Assembly (NCBI RefSeq): GCF_009914755.1
Contig: NC_060926.1
Origin: the human T2T-CHM13v2.0 reference genome, Homo sapiens
DNA length: 64,000 nt
Direction: 5' to 3' (one strand)
This document shows positions 1-14,152 of this stretch, in pieces (position 1 is the first letter of the stretch; each line of letters opens with the position of its first letter). The notes under the pieces were generated by a model. The model was not told where the DNA came from, did no database searches, and saw nothing but the letters and a program-made list of their open reading frames with translations. Position numbers and translations under genes: made by a program.

Positions 1-357
1 ACTTCCTCTTTCTGAGCTTTAGAAGTCACAGACAACATTTTAATTCTATTTCTACTATCTTTAGTTTAGCTTATATCTCTGCCTCCAGTTTCTTAACATT
101 TCTAGTCATATCTTTTAAGTGACAATAGTCATTTTCCTTAAACCCTCTCTTCAGAATGACAACCTTATGTCTAAAGGCCCTAGTGCTTCCACTGCCTTAA
201 AAAAAAGCCTCAAATGCTAACCTAGAAATTAGTACTATTTTAATCTCACATATTTCCAATGTGGAGGAAATTTTTATTAATCCATGGGTTCATATTTGTT
301 TTCTAAAATTTCTCTGCTGAAATTGAAAACAGATATTTTCCCAAATATTTCTGCTAA

Positions 358-727
<370 letters not shown>

Positions 728-1475
728 TAAATAATCTTTGCCGTGCCCATTCTGTCATTGTCTTTGCACCTTTATTATAATGGTTGTTAAACTATGTTGG
801 GGTATATCAACTAGTGTTTGTTACTTTTTTAAAATCAATTTTTATGTTATTAGGTCTTGAAAGGCAGCTCATGTCTGATACATTTAGGTAACTTTTGGAA
901 TATAAGATAGTTAATGGCTAACATATTTGACTCTGCCTCACCTAGTTCAACTCCAAAGCCCACAAGGTACCAAGGAGATAGCTCAAATAATTCTTGCCTC
1001 ACTCTTTGCAAGGAAGGTGAATCCATTTCCATTTGGAAGGAAGGTTATTATATCAGCTCTAGTGAAAAAAAAAACACTCTGCAAAAGTGAAAAATGTAGA
1101 TTGTAAAGAATCTTGAGTAGGAAAAGACAACTGCTATAATTTGTAGGTGTTAGGACACCACTGACTTGAATGGCAGGTGCAAAGGCACATAAATATTGGT
1201 TCTCAAACTAATTGTCTTCTCTTGGGGGTCTTGTAAGACCCACTTGAAGCAGTATAGTGAATTCTTATAATTTTATGTTGCCTTGGCATGCATTTTGAAT
1301 ATAGGGTTAACTTTCTCAGACCAGAGGCAGGGCTTAGGCAACTTTGACAGCTTCCAGTTCTCTACCTCTTCCCAGTGCCTCAATGTGGTTGATCCAGATA
1401 TCTGCCCTATACAACCTCCTCTTGTGCCTTCATCCCTGTGGGACAGCTAGATACAACCTATTTGACTCATCCCAC

Positions 1476-1883
1476 TGTCTTACTGCTTTTGTGTTGCTAC
1501 AAAGGAATATCTGAATCTGGGTAATTTATGAAGAAAACAGGTTTATTTGGCTCATAGTCTACAGGCTGTACAGAGAGCATGGCACCAGCATCTGTATCTG
1601 GTGAGGGTCTCAAGCTGCTTTCATTCATGGCAGAAAGAGAAGAGGAGCCTCCAAGTGCAGATATCACATGAGTGAGAGAGGAAGCCAGAGAGAGACGGGG
1701 AGATTCCAGGCTCTTTTTAACAACCAACTCCTGTGGAAAATAATAGAGCAAGAATTCACTCATTAACACTATCACGACATGAAGCCATTCATGACCCAAA
1801 CACCTACCATTAGGCCCCATCTCCAAAATTGGAGATCAGATTTCAACATGAGTTTTGGAGGGTCAAATATACAAACTATAGAA
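1476..1883 (-). mobile_element. MaLR solo LTR (MSTB-like)
   Basis: Typical MST motifs (CTGGGTAATTTATGAAGAAAA, ATTTCAACATGAGTTTTGGAGGG, CAAACTATAG). 5-bp TSD CCCAC/CCAAC. Confidence 0.88.
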
Positions 1884-2111
1884 CCAACTGATTTGTATGC
1901 CCTACATGTGCTGCACAGATATACCACAGTGACCATCTCTCAATCACAGGTGTTACTTTACAGAACTTATGTCTGCATGTTCTAAGTTCACCAATTAGAA
2001 CTTTCCAGGGAATATCTGCTTGACCAACACTCTGGACCCCAGTAATGGCTTAGGCCCACAGGTTCCTTATTCTCTCTTTCTTCAATCCACCTGCTGGTTG
2101 TGGTGTGGATA

Positions 2112-2528
2112 TGCTGTGTTTTGGATATGATTCATCCCCACCAACATTCATGTTGAAATTTCATCCATAGTGTAGCAGTGTTGGTGGGTGGAGTCTGGCG
2201 GAAGGTTTCTGGGTCTTGGGGGTATATTACTGTTCTCACAGTAGTGAGTGAGTTCTCATGAGTTCTAGGAATGAATTAGTTCTCACCAGCATGAGTGGTA
2301 AAGCCTGGACTCCCCTTGCATTTGGCCAGTTCACACGTACCTGCTTCCTCTTTGACCTACTTCCATGTTTTGACCCAGCACAAAAGCTCTCACCAGAAGC
2401 TGAGCAGATGCCAGCATCATCCTTCTTGAACTGTCCATCTTGCAAAACCATTAAGCTAAATAAACCTATTTTCTTTACAATTTACAGTCTTAGGTATTCT
2501 GTTATAGCAACAAAAATGGACTAAAAGA
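2112..2528 (+). mobile_element. MaLR solo LTR (MST family)
   Basis: Begins TGCTGTGTTTTGGATATG...CATGTTGAAAT, contains AATAAA, and ends GGTATTCTGTTATAGCAACAAAAATGGACTAA. Confidence 0.88.
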
Positions 2529-5071
2529 GTGTCCCAGACTGCTGCCCACTTCCCACTGGCTCTGAGAGGCATGCTGCCCGCTTCCCTATAAGTTCTCTAA
2601 GTAATGCACTGCTTTTGTTATTTCACATGCTTTACTGATTTGCCTGCTCTGTGTCTCCCCTGACTGACACACCTGAACCTAACTTCTTTTCTGGTCAGAG
2701 TTCTTTGACATAGTAGCTATCTTGGTGGGAATGAACTAGATATAAGTCAGACATGAGCCTTAGGAGTATCTGCCTTTATAAACAAGTTTCCTGTGAAAGG
2801 AAGACTTGGTTACCAGGTCAGACACTTAGCCATTAGGCCATCCTCCAGGATAAGGAAGTATCCTGTAAAAGGTACATTGTAAATGTCGAAGGCTGAATCC
2901 CCTGCAGCCCTATCAAGGCAGGGCTCATGTTTATAGTCACAGTACTGAGAGAGATGTCAAGACTAAAATGAAAAGAAAACAATACAACAAACAAATGAGG
3001 AAATAGCTCTCGTGTGACTTAGAGTCAAGGACCAGCCATTTATGATTGGATAACATTAAGTGGCAATATCTCACCTGATGTGTAGTGGTCTGTGTAAGCC
3101 TTTATCAATAATTTAAAACAGTGGTTTGAATATTATGGCTTTAAATAATGTGACTGTGTAAGATTTCATGTGGGCACTATATTTTACTGAGTAAGGGGTC
3201 ACAGTGCTTGCCAGAGAAGAGGTCCTCAAAAATATTAAATGTGATTAATATTTGGATTTATAAATATACCAAGCATCTATTTTTAGCTAAACTTATCACA
3301 TAAACAGAAAAATACAATACGACAGAAACTGCACTAAAGACTTTTGACCTATTAGTTACATGCCCTAAATTAACATATCACATTTTGCTTGTCAGTTTTT
3401 ATAATATATACAGCAATTGTGAAATAATTATTTTGAATATGCAAGTTATTATTCCCTTTCTAAAAGTGAAAAAACTGTCCCAGTGTTATATACTTTGTCC
3501 TTTATCAATGCCAAGATTCAGTAGAATTGTTTTCTCATTCCGAATTATATCTTATTTCCTACTCAGCTCCTTCAAAATACTTAGAGTTAGAAGAATATTT
3601 AATGATATTCTTAATATTATGCCTTCTTTTTGAAAACTTTTATTTATTTGAATTTACTCCTATATTTTAGCAAATTAGAATTGTGTTATGTAAGAATAAT
3701 GAGTTACTTTTTATTATACCATAATGTAATATTGGGCTTTCTAACTCTTCAAATCAAAAAAGATATTGAGAATTTCAATTAAGAACAAGAAAGTAGAAAA
3801 TGTGCTTGTGCAATGCATATTATCTCCAACAGAGCACAGCACATTTATAAGCATCGCGGGGTCTAGTGAAGTTTTTATCAAGTAAAAGATTGTAATTTGC
3901 AGTATTCCCTATTACTAATCCGAGATTTGTAAGCATCTATGCAATTACCTAGATGTTGTTGTCTTTGTTGATTTATTTAATGAGCATTAAACAACAATGA
4001 AAACATTCATAAGATCACTACTGACTAATGATCATTCTACTTATTTGCTTTATCTAATTTTAAGATTCTCATTCATCAGAGGAGTATCATAACTACATTT
4101 TAAGTGAGAATAACTTATTTCCAAAATGGTAGACATGGCCTGGAAGAAATATTTGCAAAACTTGACTCACAGTTTTACATATTTGAATTTTTTTTACTAC
4201 TAATAATTTGTAATTTACTAATTCTTTCCTCTATTTTTACCCCCAAAATATGTTTTTTGGAAATATGTCAGTAGAATCTTGCTTTTTGTTCCTTAGTGGT
4301 AGGTTCATTTGTTTACATTTGTTATTTTCCTCTATTTACATCCAGCTTTAAAAATAAAAATGTAAATTAGAAAAATTTTAATATAGTTATAATATTGTAT
4401 ATTTTCTGACAAAAATATTCAGATAATAAAAGTAAAACAAATTTTTAAAATATTTATCATGTTTGTGCCTTTAACAACCCTTGTTTGGCATTTCTTAATT
4501 CATCCTGACAAATCAACATATATGACATTTTCTCTGAGTAAAGAATCTGATTGTTGTGGCTGAAGGCTAAGTATTGGAACAGCTGATATGAGACAGTTGA
4601 AATCCTCTCTGAAAGGTAAATGATTCATGAAAGCAACAAAATAACAAGAGCAATAAACTATGCCTAAGTTACTTTGACCACCCATCAAATACAAAATTAG
4701 TCCTCATATATTTTTCTTAATTATGTAAAAGCCTGTTTTTCCCAAATCACGCCAGCCTGGAAGTAAAACTAGTGTCGTAAGAACAGTTTTTTAAAAATTA
4801 TATTTATTAAAAAAGAAGAATTATGTAATAAAAAACTCTTAAGAAGTAATAGGAAAAGGAAGAAGACTGGGCATATGATATAAGCAATTAATTCATAAGA
4901 GCAATGCAAATGTTTAATAAATATATTTAAATCATTTCCAACCTCATTGATAATTATATAAATAACAAAGTTATGTACTCTCATAGTGCAAAAATGATAT
5001 TGGAATTTCATTGAAAGTTCGGGAAACTAAATTTCATAAATGACTGGTGGCAATTAGAAAACAGGAATCAT

Positions 5072-5662
5072 TCCTCAGGGATCTAGAACTAGAAATACCA
5101 TTTGACCCAGCCGTCCCATTACTGGGTATATACCCAAAGGACTATAAATCATGCTGCTATAAAGACACATGCACACTTATGTTTATTGCAGCATTATTCA
5201 CAATAGCAAAGACTTGGAACCAACCCAAATGTCCAACAATGATAGACTGGCTTAAGAAAATGTGGCAATATACACCATGGAATACTATGCAGCCATAAAA
5301 AATGATGAGTTCATGTCCTTTGTAGGGACATGGATGAAATTGGAAATCATCATTCTCAGTAAACTATCGCAAGAACAAAAAACCAAACACCGCATATTCT
5401 CACTCATAGCTGGGAACTGAACAATGAGAACACATGGACACAGGAGGGGGAACATCACACTCTGGGGACTGTTGTGGGGTGGGGGGAGCGGGGAGGGATA
5501 GCATTAGGAGATATACCTAATGCTAGATGACGAGTTAGTGGGTGCAGAGCACCAGCATGGCACATGTATACATATGTAACTAACCTGCACATTGTGCACA
5601 TGTACCCTAAAACTTAAAGTATAATAATAATAAATAAATAAATAAACAAAGAGAAAAAAAAG
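5072..5662 (+). mobile_element. 5'-truncated young L1 (L1PA2/L1PA3): ORF2 C-terminus, 3'UTR and A-tail
   Basis: Encodes the ORF2 C-terminal peptide FLRDLELEIPFDPAVPLLGIYPKDYKSCCYKDTCT. G-rich 3'UTR with the GATGACGAGTTAG (non-Ta) diagnostic. Perfect 16-bp TSD AGAAAACAGGAATCAT at 5056-5071 and 5663-5678. Confidence 0.97.
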
Positions 5663-6099
5663 AGAAAACAGGAATCATAAGTATAAACTTTTCACACTCT
5701 GAATTTGTTATTACTTTTTTGATACATATTATGGGGAGTCATCATAGATGTACACAAAAATTATTCATAATCATAAATATGCTATTTTAATTTATGACTA
5801 TGACAATTTGAGAAAACGTTTCTAAATTCCCAACAGCAGAAGACTGGCTATGTAAATTATGGTACATACATATTATAAGGTAATTAAACCTGTTTGCAAA
5901 GGAATATTTATCGACATATTGAAATATTTTCAATTTATTGCTAATTTTAAAAATAAGGCCACAGATATATAGTACAGCATTTCCTATTAACAGACTTAAT
6001 GAGGTTTGGGGAAGTGACTATGACAATAGTCAATTCTAAATTTGACAAAAACTAAATGTAGCACTTCCATAAAAATTTCAATGACTTTCAAGATACACC

Positions 6100-7460
6100 T
6101 TTTATTTTACAACAGTTTTAGAATTACAGAAAAATTGCAAAGATGGGATAGAGATTTGAACCATACCCCACATCCAATTTCTAGGATTATTGACAGCTTA
6201 GATTATCATGAACTCAACTCCAGGGCATTTTCCAGATTTTTCTGTTACACAACCTAATTCTGGACACCACGTCACATTTAGTTGTCATGTCTCCTTCGGC
6301 TCCTCTTGGCTGTAACGAGTTCTCAAATTTACCTTGTTTTTTATGGCCTTGACAGTTTTAAGGAATACTTATCAGAAATTGTGTGGATTAGGATTTGTCT
6401 GATGTTCTCATGATTAACCTGTGTTATCAATTTCTGGGAATAGTTCACAGAGCGAAGTTTTCATCACATCATATAAAAGGTATATAGTACATGTTGATCT
6501 TTCTCTCCTGGCTGAGATAAATTTTGTTAGGTACTATAACATATCTTGCTTTTTTTCCTTTGTATACTGTACACTTTGGAAGAAAGTCACTATAGTCTAT
6601 ACTTGAAGAGTGGATAGTTATGTCTCTTCTACTTGTACATATCTCCAGCAGAATACGCATTTTTGTTTTGCTTTTTAAATGTATTTCCTTCCCGAGTCCT
6701 AGAATCAGGCATTTACTTACAGATCTTTGGTTCTTTTCATTGGAGAATGATACCAGAAGCCAAGATCTGAGACCTAGGTGTGTTTGTCGTTACTGAGGAA
6801 TCACTGCTTCCAGCCCCTCCCTGCTGACAGAACAAAGATATATATGTGTGTATCCTAACTCATGAAATTACACATAGCTATACATATTTTTACATATAAA
6901 TATATTTATCTAAATTATGCAAAACGTGTCCATATTGATGTTTCTAACATGAATCCATTACAATATATTTCATTCTAGCCTCTGCCCCTTACTTACCTGT
7001 AAACTCCAACTCCAACGGTAAGACAACTGACTCCCTCCACCCCACCCTGTCCATTTACCTGATTGTTCCATTCCAGTATATATGTGTAGTGGTATCATAA
7101 GTGGTATCACTTTATAGCAAGTGATTTCATCAACTACTACAGTACAGTGGCTATGTATGTTTTTCTTTTTCTTTTTTTCTTTCTTTTTTTTCCCCCTTAG
7201 GCTTACAGGCTCTACTCACTTTCTAAGTTACTCAAGTCACCACTTCCTCAATGAAATTCCATTACACATTTGTAATATCGTTACATTGTTTTGTCACATT
7301 TTGCATTTCATCATGGAATCCTCTGACTTTTAAAATATTGCTTACATTAATTTTTACTCATTGTACTGTAAATTTCTCTGGGTTTTGAAAAATGCTTAAC
7401 CAATGGACAATTACAAGATTATACAGAATAGTTTCACCATCCATACAGAATAGTCTCACC
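6100..7460 (-). mobile_element. Old L1 3' region (L1MC/L1MD-like)
   Basis: Starts with the motif CAGTTTTAGAATTACAGAAAAATTGCAAAGA and resembles the separate copy of the same family at 46.3-47.9 kb. Confidence 0.7.
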
Positions 7461-7479
7461 AAAATTACCACTGAAGTAT

Positions 7480-7720
7480 TTTATCAGCTGCCCACTATTC
7501 TATAGCTGTAGCAGCTTCTGCTGCAGATCAGTTGGCCTCCGCTGTGACTGTCTGGATTTCCCTGCCATTCCAGATTCCAGGGTGGCGGTTTGTCCTGAAA
7601 CTTCACTTTTCTCATTGTTCCAAGAAAAATTATTGGTTTGGGGTTTGTGCAGCTTTATCTTTTTGTAAGGAGGGAACGAAGATGAATAAGCTCGTTACAT
7701 GTTGAAGCAAAAACCAGAAT
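7480..7720 (-). mobile_element. Old L1M 5'-end fragment
   Basis: CCAGGGTGGCGGTTTGTCCTG...TTACATGTTGAAGCAAAAACCAGAA resembles L1MC/MD 5' termini. Confidence 0.55.
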
Positions 7721-7779
7721 TTTTCAGGGGGTTTTCAGATATTTAAGTATAAATATTCAGAGTTAGTAAAATCTATGTT

Positions 7780-8200
7780 TGGATTTGGAACTTTATGAAG
7801 CTAGCTGGGTGACTAGTATGTTTGTGTGTCCTTTGTACAGGGTAATTAAAACTAATGTCATGGATGAGATGGCCTTGGTTATGACTGTAGGCTATGAAAG
7901 GAATAGAAACTAGAATCAAGCCTGACAAGTCAGCCTTGAACAGCCACGTAGAAGATGAACCAGCAAAGTTGCTGGGGCATCAAGAGCATTAGAAGGAAAT
8001 ACAGACACTTTGATAACACCAAGAGTGTTTTCAGGAAGAAGCATTCAACACCATTGAAGGTTTCTGTGAGGAAAATGAGATGAGGACTAAAGGATATATT
8101 TATCTGACGAGTAGCATAGTACTGTTTGTGGCAATAGTAGAGCCATAGCAGTAGAGTAATGTCCGGAGCTAGGTAGTTTTAAATGGTTAATAAAACAGTG
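7780..8200 (-). mobile_element. L2 LINE fragment
   Basis: Degenerate L2 motifs (ATGGATGAGAT, GAACCAGCAAAG, GAGATGAGGACTAAA). Confidence 0.5.
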
Positions 8201-9004
8201 AGAAACTGTAAGCAATGACATTGTTAAAATAGATAATATTTGAAAGATTCAAGATACTTTGTATATTTAAATTTGTTTAAAAGATGTAGTTTGGAAATAA
8301 AAGTATGATAATATAAAAGAAGAAGATTTCAAAAATGTAAGTGCTGGGAAAACTATTTGTGAAATTAGGCCTTTGAAATTACAAATGATCCTGGAGAAAT
8401 ATTTATCTGAAAATAAGCAAAAGTATTAACAGATATTATTCCTGGTTGGTGAAATTATCTGAATTTTTTTCTGGTTAAGTCTTTCATCCAAACTGGCACT
8501 CATTATATTCCAGTTTGTAGTTAGAAGGGAAAAAATTATAAAAACACCAACAGCAACAAAAAAAATATTTAACAATGAAGACTCATCTCTTGCTTTTCTC
8601 TGGTTTAAGATGACGTGAGTAATAGTCCCAGTCCCAACCTTAATGTACTTTATATATTAGAAGAGGAAAAGGTAAAATGCCTAGAGAATCTCGGTGAAAG
8701 GGGATAAACACTAAGGGAGGTTTACATATGAGGCTTTGAAAACACTATAATTCAAATAAAATAATTTGGGGCATAATTTAAAGTTTCCATTTACTCCAAT
8801 AGAGTAGCATAATTTATTTTGGTAGGTTTTTTTTTGTTTGTTTTTGTTTTTGTTTTTAGTGTAACTCCTTATTTAGTTTGCTGTACATGGAATGAGACAG
8901 CACATTGGCCACTGATTTGTTCCTCACACATCTCAAGCTTGCTACTGACTGATGAGAGGACCAATGAGAATCTAAACACTCTAAGGGAACTACTATAATT
9001 GTTA

Positions 9005-12000
9005 TTTTTTTTAAATTTGTTTTGATTTTTAATTTTTGTGGGTACATAGTAGGTATATATATATATGTATTTATGGGTTACATGATATATATTGATGTGA
9101 GCATGCAGTGATAATAATCATATTATGAAAAATGGGGTATCCCTCACCCTAAATACTTTTCCTCTGTATTACAAACAATCCAATTATATTCTTTTGGCTA
9201 TTTTAAATGTACAATTAAATTATTTTTTACTATAGTGACTCTGTTGTGCTAGCAAATGCTATGTTTTACTCACATTTTCTAACTATTTTTTTGTACCCAT
9301 TAACCATTTCTATGTCTCCCAGCCTCCCTCCTCCACTACTCTTCCCAGTCCCTGATAACCATCCTTCAACTCTCTGCTCCATGAATTCAGTTATTTTAAT
9401 TTTTAGTTTCCTCAAATAAGTGAGAATATGTGAAGTTTGTCATTTATTTCCTGGCTTATTTCACTTAATATAATGACCTCCAGTTCCACCTATGTTGTTG
9501 CAAATTACATAATCTTATTCTTTTTTATGGCTGAATAGTATTCCATTGTGTATATGTACCACATTTTCTTTATCCATTCATCTGTTGATGAACAATCAAG
9601 TTGCTTACAAATTCCAGCTATTGTAAATAGTGCTGCAATAAAGATAGAAGTGCAGATATCTGTACAATACACTGATTTTCTTTCTTTTGGGTGTATACCA
9701 GGGAGTGGGATTGCTAGATCATATGTCAGCTCTACTTTTAGTTTTTTGAGGAACCTTTAAACTGTTCTCCATAGTGAATGTACTAATTTACATTTCTACC
9801 AAGAGTTTATGAGGTTTTACTTTTCTCCACATCCTTACCTGCCTTTGCTATTGCCTGACTTTAGATAAAAGTCATTCTAACTGGGGTGCAATGATATCTC
9901 ATTGTGGTTTTGATTTGTATTTCTCTGATGATCAATGATGTTGAGCATCTTTCTATATACCTGTTTGCCATTAGTATGTGTTCTTTTGAGGAATGTCTAT
10001 TGAGGTGTTTTGCCCATTTTAAAACCATATTATTAGATTTTACCCACAAAGTTGTTTGAGCTCCTTATTTATTCTGAACTAATCTCTTGTCATATGGATA
10101 GTTTGCAAATATTTGTTCTCATTCTGTGGGTTGTCTCTTCAGTTTGTTGACTGTTTCCTTTGCTGTGCAGAGACTTTTTAACTTGATGTAATCTCACTAT
10201 TCATTTTTGCTTTGTTCTCTTGTACTTGTTGGGTATTATTCAGAAAATCTTTGCCCAGTCCAATATCCTGAAGAGATTCCCAAACATTTTCTTTTAGTAG
10301 TTTCATAGTATGAGGTCTTAGATTTAAGTATTTGACTTGATTCTTGTACATGGGGAGAGATACTGGTCTAGTTTTATTTTGTGTGCATATGGATATCCAG
10401 TTTCCCCAGCACCATTTATTGAAGACTGTCCTTTCTCCAGCGTATGTTCTTGGCATGTTTATCAAAAGTGAGTTCACTGTAGGTGTGTGAATTTGTTTTT
10501 GAGTTCTCTATCCTCTCCCATTCTTTTATGTGTCTGTTTTTTATGGCAGTACCACGCTGTTTTGATTAATATAGCTCTTTAGTATAATTTGAAGTAAGGT
10601 AATGTGATTCCTCCAGTTTAGTTATTTTTGCTTAGGAGAGCTTTGGCTATTCTGGGTCTTTGGTGGTTTCGTATAAATTTTTTCTATTTCTGTGAAACAT
10701 GTCATTGGTATGTTCTTAGGGATTGCATTGAATCTACAGATTGCTTTGTGTAGTATGGACAGTTTAACAGTATTTTTTCATAGCATAAACATGGCTATCG
10801 TATGTGTGTGTGTGTGTGTGTGTGTCTGTGTGTGTGTGTCTGTGTGTCTTTTTCAATTTATTTCACGAATGTTTTATAATCTTTTAGAAATCGTTCACTT
10901 CTTTGGTTACCTTAATTCCCAGATATTTCATTTTATTTGCAGCTATTGTAAGTGGGATTACATTCTTGATTTCTTTTTCAGATTGCTGTTGGCATATAGA
11001 AATGCTACTGATTTTGTATGCTGATTTTGCATCTTACAACTTTACTGAATGTGCTTATCAGTTCTAATAGCTTTTTGGAGGAGTCTGTAGTTTTTTCCAA
11101 ATATAAGATCATATCATCTGCAAACAAGAATAGTTTGACTTCTTCCTTTCCAATTTGGATGCCCTTTGTTTCTTTCTGTTCTCTGATTGCTCTAGCTGGA
11201 ATTCCCAGCACTATGTTGAATAACAGTGGTGACAGTGGGCATCTTTGTCATTTTCCCAATATTAGAGGAAAGGCTTTCAGTTTTTCCCCATTCAGTATGG
11301 TACTAGCTATGATTCTGTCATATATGGCTTTTATTAGGTTATGTTTCTTCTATCCCCAGTGTTTTTAGAGTTTTTACCATGAAGAGATGTTGAATTTTAT
11401 CAAATGCTTTTTCAGCATCAATGGAAATGATCATGTGTTTTTGTCCTTCATTCTGTTGATAGGATATATCATATTTATTGATTTGCATATGTTGAACAGT
11501 CTTTGCATGTCAAGGATAAATCCCACCTGGTTACAATGAACTATCTTTTTAATGTGTTTTTGAATTTAATTTGCTTTTATTTTGTTGATGATTTTTGCGT
11601 CTATATATATCCATTATATTATCCTGTAGTTTTCTTTGTCTGGTTTTGAAATCAGGGTAATATAGTCCTCTTAGAATGAATTTGGAAGTATTCCCTCCTC
11701 TAGTTTTCAGAGTAGTTTGAGTAGGGTAAGCATTATTTCTTCTTTAAAAGTTTCATCAAATTCAGCAGTGAAGGCATTAGGTCTTGGGCTTTTCTTTGCT
11801 AACAGACTTGTTATTATGGCTCCTATCTCATTACTTTTTATTAGTCTGTTCAGATTTCAGATTTCTTTATGGTTCAAACTTGAGAGTTGTTTTTTTCTAG
11901 AAATTTATTCATTTATTCTGGATTTTCCAATATATTGGCATATAGTTGCTCATAGTAGCCACTAATGATCCTCTGAATTTCTGCAGTATTAGTTGTAATG

Positions 12001-14152
12001 TCTCTTCTTTCATCTTTGATTTTGTGTATTTGGGTATTCTCTTTTTTTTCCATAAGTCTGAAAAAAGTGAATAGTCAATTGTATTTATCTTTCCAAAAGA
12101 TAAACTTTTTGTTTCATTAATTTTTTGTATTTGTATTGTTATTTTAATTAACAAATGAAATTAATTTTATTTATTTATGCTCTGATCTTAATTTTTGTCT
12201 TCTATAAATTTGGGGTTTGGTTTTCTCTTGCTTTCCTAGTTAATATGTATCATTATGTTCTTTATTTGAACATTTTTTTAATTTTATGTAGGCATTTATA
12301 GCTATAAAATTTCTCTTAGTAATGGTTTTACTGTATCCTATAGGGTTTGGTATGTTGTATTTCCATTTTCATTTGTTTCAGAAAATTTTTTAATTTCCTT
12401 CTTAATTTCTTTATCTACCCTCTGGTTATTCAGGAGCATATTGTTTAATTTCCATGTGTTTATATAGTTTCCAAATTCCTGTTGTTACACATTTCTAGTT
12501 TTATTCCATTGTGCTCATAGAAGATGCTTGGCATTCTTTCAACTTTTTTGAATGATTTAAGATACCTAATACATGATTAAACCCAGAGAATGATCCATGT
12601 ATTAGAAAAAGAATGTGTATTCTGCAGCTGTTGAACAACATGTTCTTTAAATATCTGTTAGATTCATTTGGTTTATAGAGCAGATTAAGTCTAGTCTTTC
12701 TTTGTTGATTTTCCATCTGAAAGATCTGTTCAATGCTGAAAGTAACGTGTTGAAATCTCTAGCTATCATTGTGTCTCCCTGGCAAGAGTACTTCCAGGCT
12801 ACTGCCTATATTCCTTTCAAGCCCAAGGGCTTTTCAGTCAGCTTGCAGTGAATGCTGCCTGGCCTGGGCACTGGGCTCACCCTTCAGGAAACTGGGCTCC
12901 CTCTGGCTCAGGGTAGGTCCAGAAATGCCATCCAAGGGTCAAAGCCTGAATCAGGAACCCAAGAGGCCCACTTATTTCTTTACCCCACCCCCACCATGGC
13001 TGAACTGGCACCTAAGATGCAAGAAGAGGTCCCCTTTATTTTCCTTCTGTTTTTCTCAAGAAGAGGGAGTTTCTCACTATAGCCACCACAGTTGGGAATG
13101 TGCTGAGTCTCACTTAAAGCCATCAAGTCTGAGTCTCATCCAAAACCCACATTGTATTACCTGGCTATTGCTGCTGGTTATTCAGGGCTCAAGAGCTTTT
13201 TAGTCAGCAGCTGCTGGGTCCTCCCAAGCCTAGGTCATTCCCTTCAAGCCAGAAAGTTTCCTCTGGCCCAGGATGTATCTACTAGAAATTTCGTTCAGAA
13301 GCTATGGCCTAGAAAGAGAGGTCTCATGACTCTGACCAGTGCCCTATCCTGCTGTGGCTGAGCTAGTATTCAAGATGCAAAACAAAGTCCTCCCCACTCT
13401 TCCCTCTCCTTTGTTCAAGCAGAAAGAGGGGTCTCTTTTGGAGCCACAAGCTGTGCATCTGAGGAGGGATGGCATAAGCACTCCCTTTGCTTCCCTGGCT
13501 GTTATCTCAGTAGGTCATATGCCCCCCAAGTCCACTGTCTCCCAGCCCAGTTCTCCACTAGGAGTCACCTAGGTGTTGTAGTCTTTGTGGCCTAGACTGC
13601 CCTTTAAACTTGCTTAGAAGCCCAGAGTACTTTAGCCCACGGTGGCAAGGCTTGCTGGAGCTCAGATTCTGACCACTGGGATGTGCGAGCCCCGTCTCTT
13701 GGAACCTTTTCTGAGTTCAGCAAAACAGAGCTGGACTCAGCTGATGCCTCCCCACAAAGGGAGTACTTAGGGCTGGTTTAAATATTCCTTTCGTTGGCAG
13801 GTGTCAGCTGAATTCAGCCAGGTTTTGCTTTCTGCTGTGACAGGGCAGCATTGAGTTCAACGCAAAGTTTCACGATTGCTGCACTCGCTCTCTCACAAAA
13901 GCACAGATGCTCCCTGCCATGCAACCCTTGCCAGGGGGTATGGAGGAGGAATGGCATCAGTGATTCAAGACTCTTTCCTACCTTCTACGGTGCCTCTTTC
14001 AGCGATGTGAGGTTGAAACCAGGTACTGTAAGGGATCACTTCATTTTTGTTTCTTATAAAAGTGACTTTTTTGGTTAGATAGTGATTAAATTGATGTCCT
14101 CATTGGGGGGACGGTAGGTGGAACTTTCTATTTGTCCATTTTATTCCACCAC
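9005..14152 (-). mobile_element. L1MA2/3-like LINE-1 with both ends present but ORF1 and the start of ORF2 missing
   Basis: L1MA 3' end at 9005 (TTTTGTGGGTACATAGTAGG). Decayed RT motif [13 protein letters not shown] in ORF 11005..11211. Abrupt switch to 5'UTR at about 12770. Degenerate TSD CTATAAT...TTTT at 8993 and 14153. Confidence 0.9.
10803..10848. repeat. (TG)n microsatellite inside the L1MA
   Basis: Read directly from the sequence. Confidence 0.95.

Larger units (their letters stand above)
1253..2989 (+). mobile_element. ERVL solo LTR (MER54-like), split into three pieces by two MST LTRs
   Basis: Starts TATAGTGAATTCTTATAATTTTATGTTGCC and ends AATACAACA. The pieces 1253-1475, 1889-2111 and 2529-2989 sum to about 0.9 kb and resemble the recalled MER54 consensus. 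Confidence 0.7.

Noticed and set aside
5464-5497. G-quadruplex-forming G-tracts
   Set aside because: This is a standard feature of the L1PA 3'UTR, not locus-specific.
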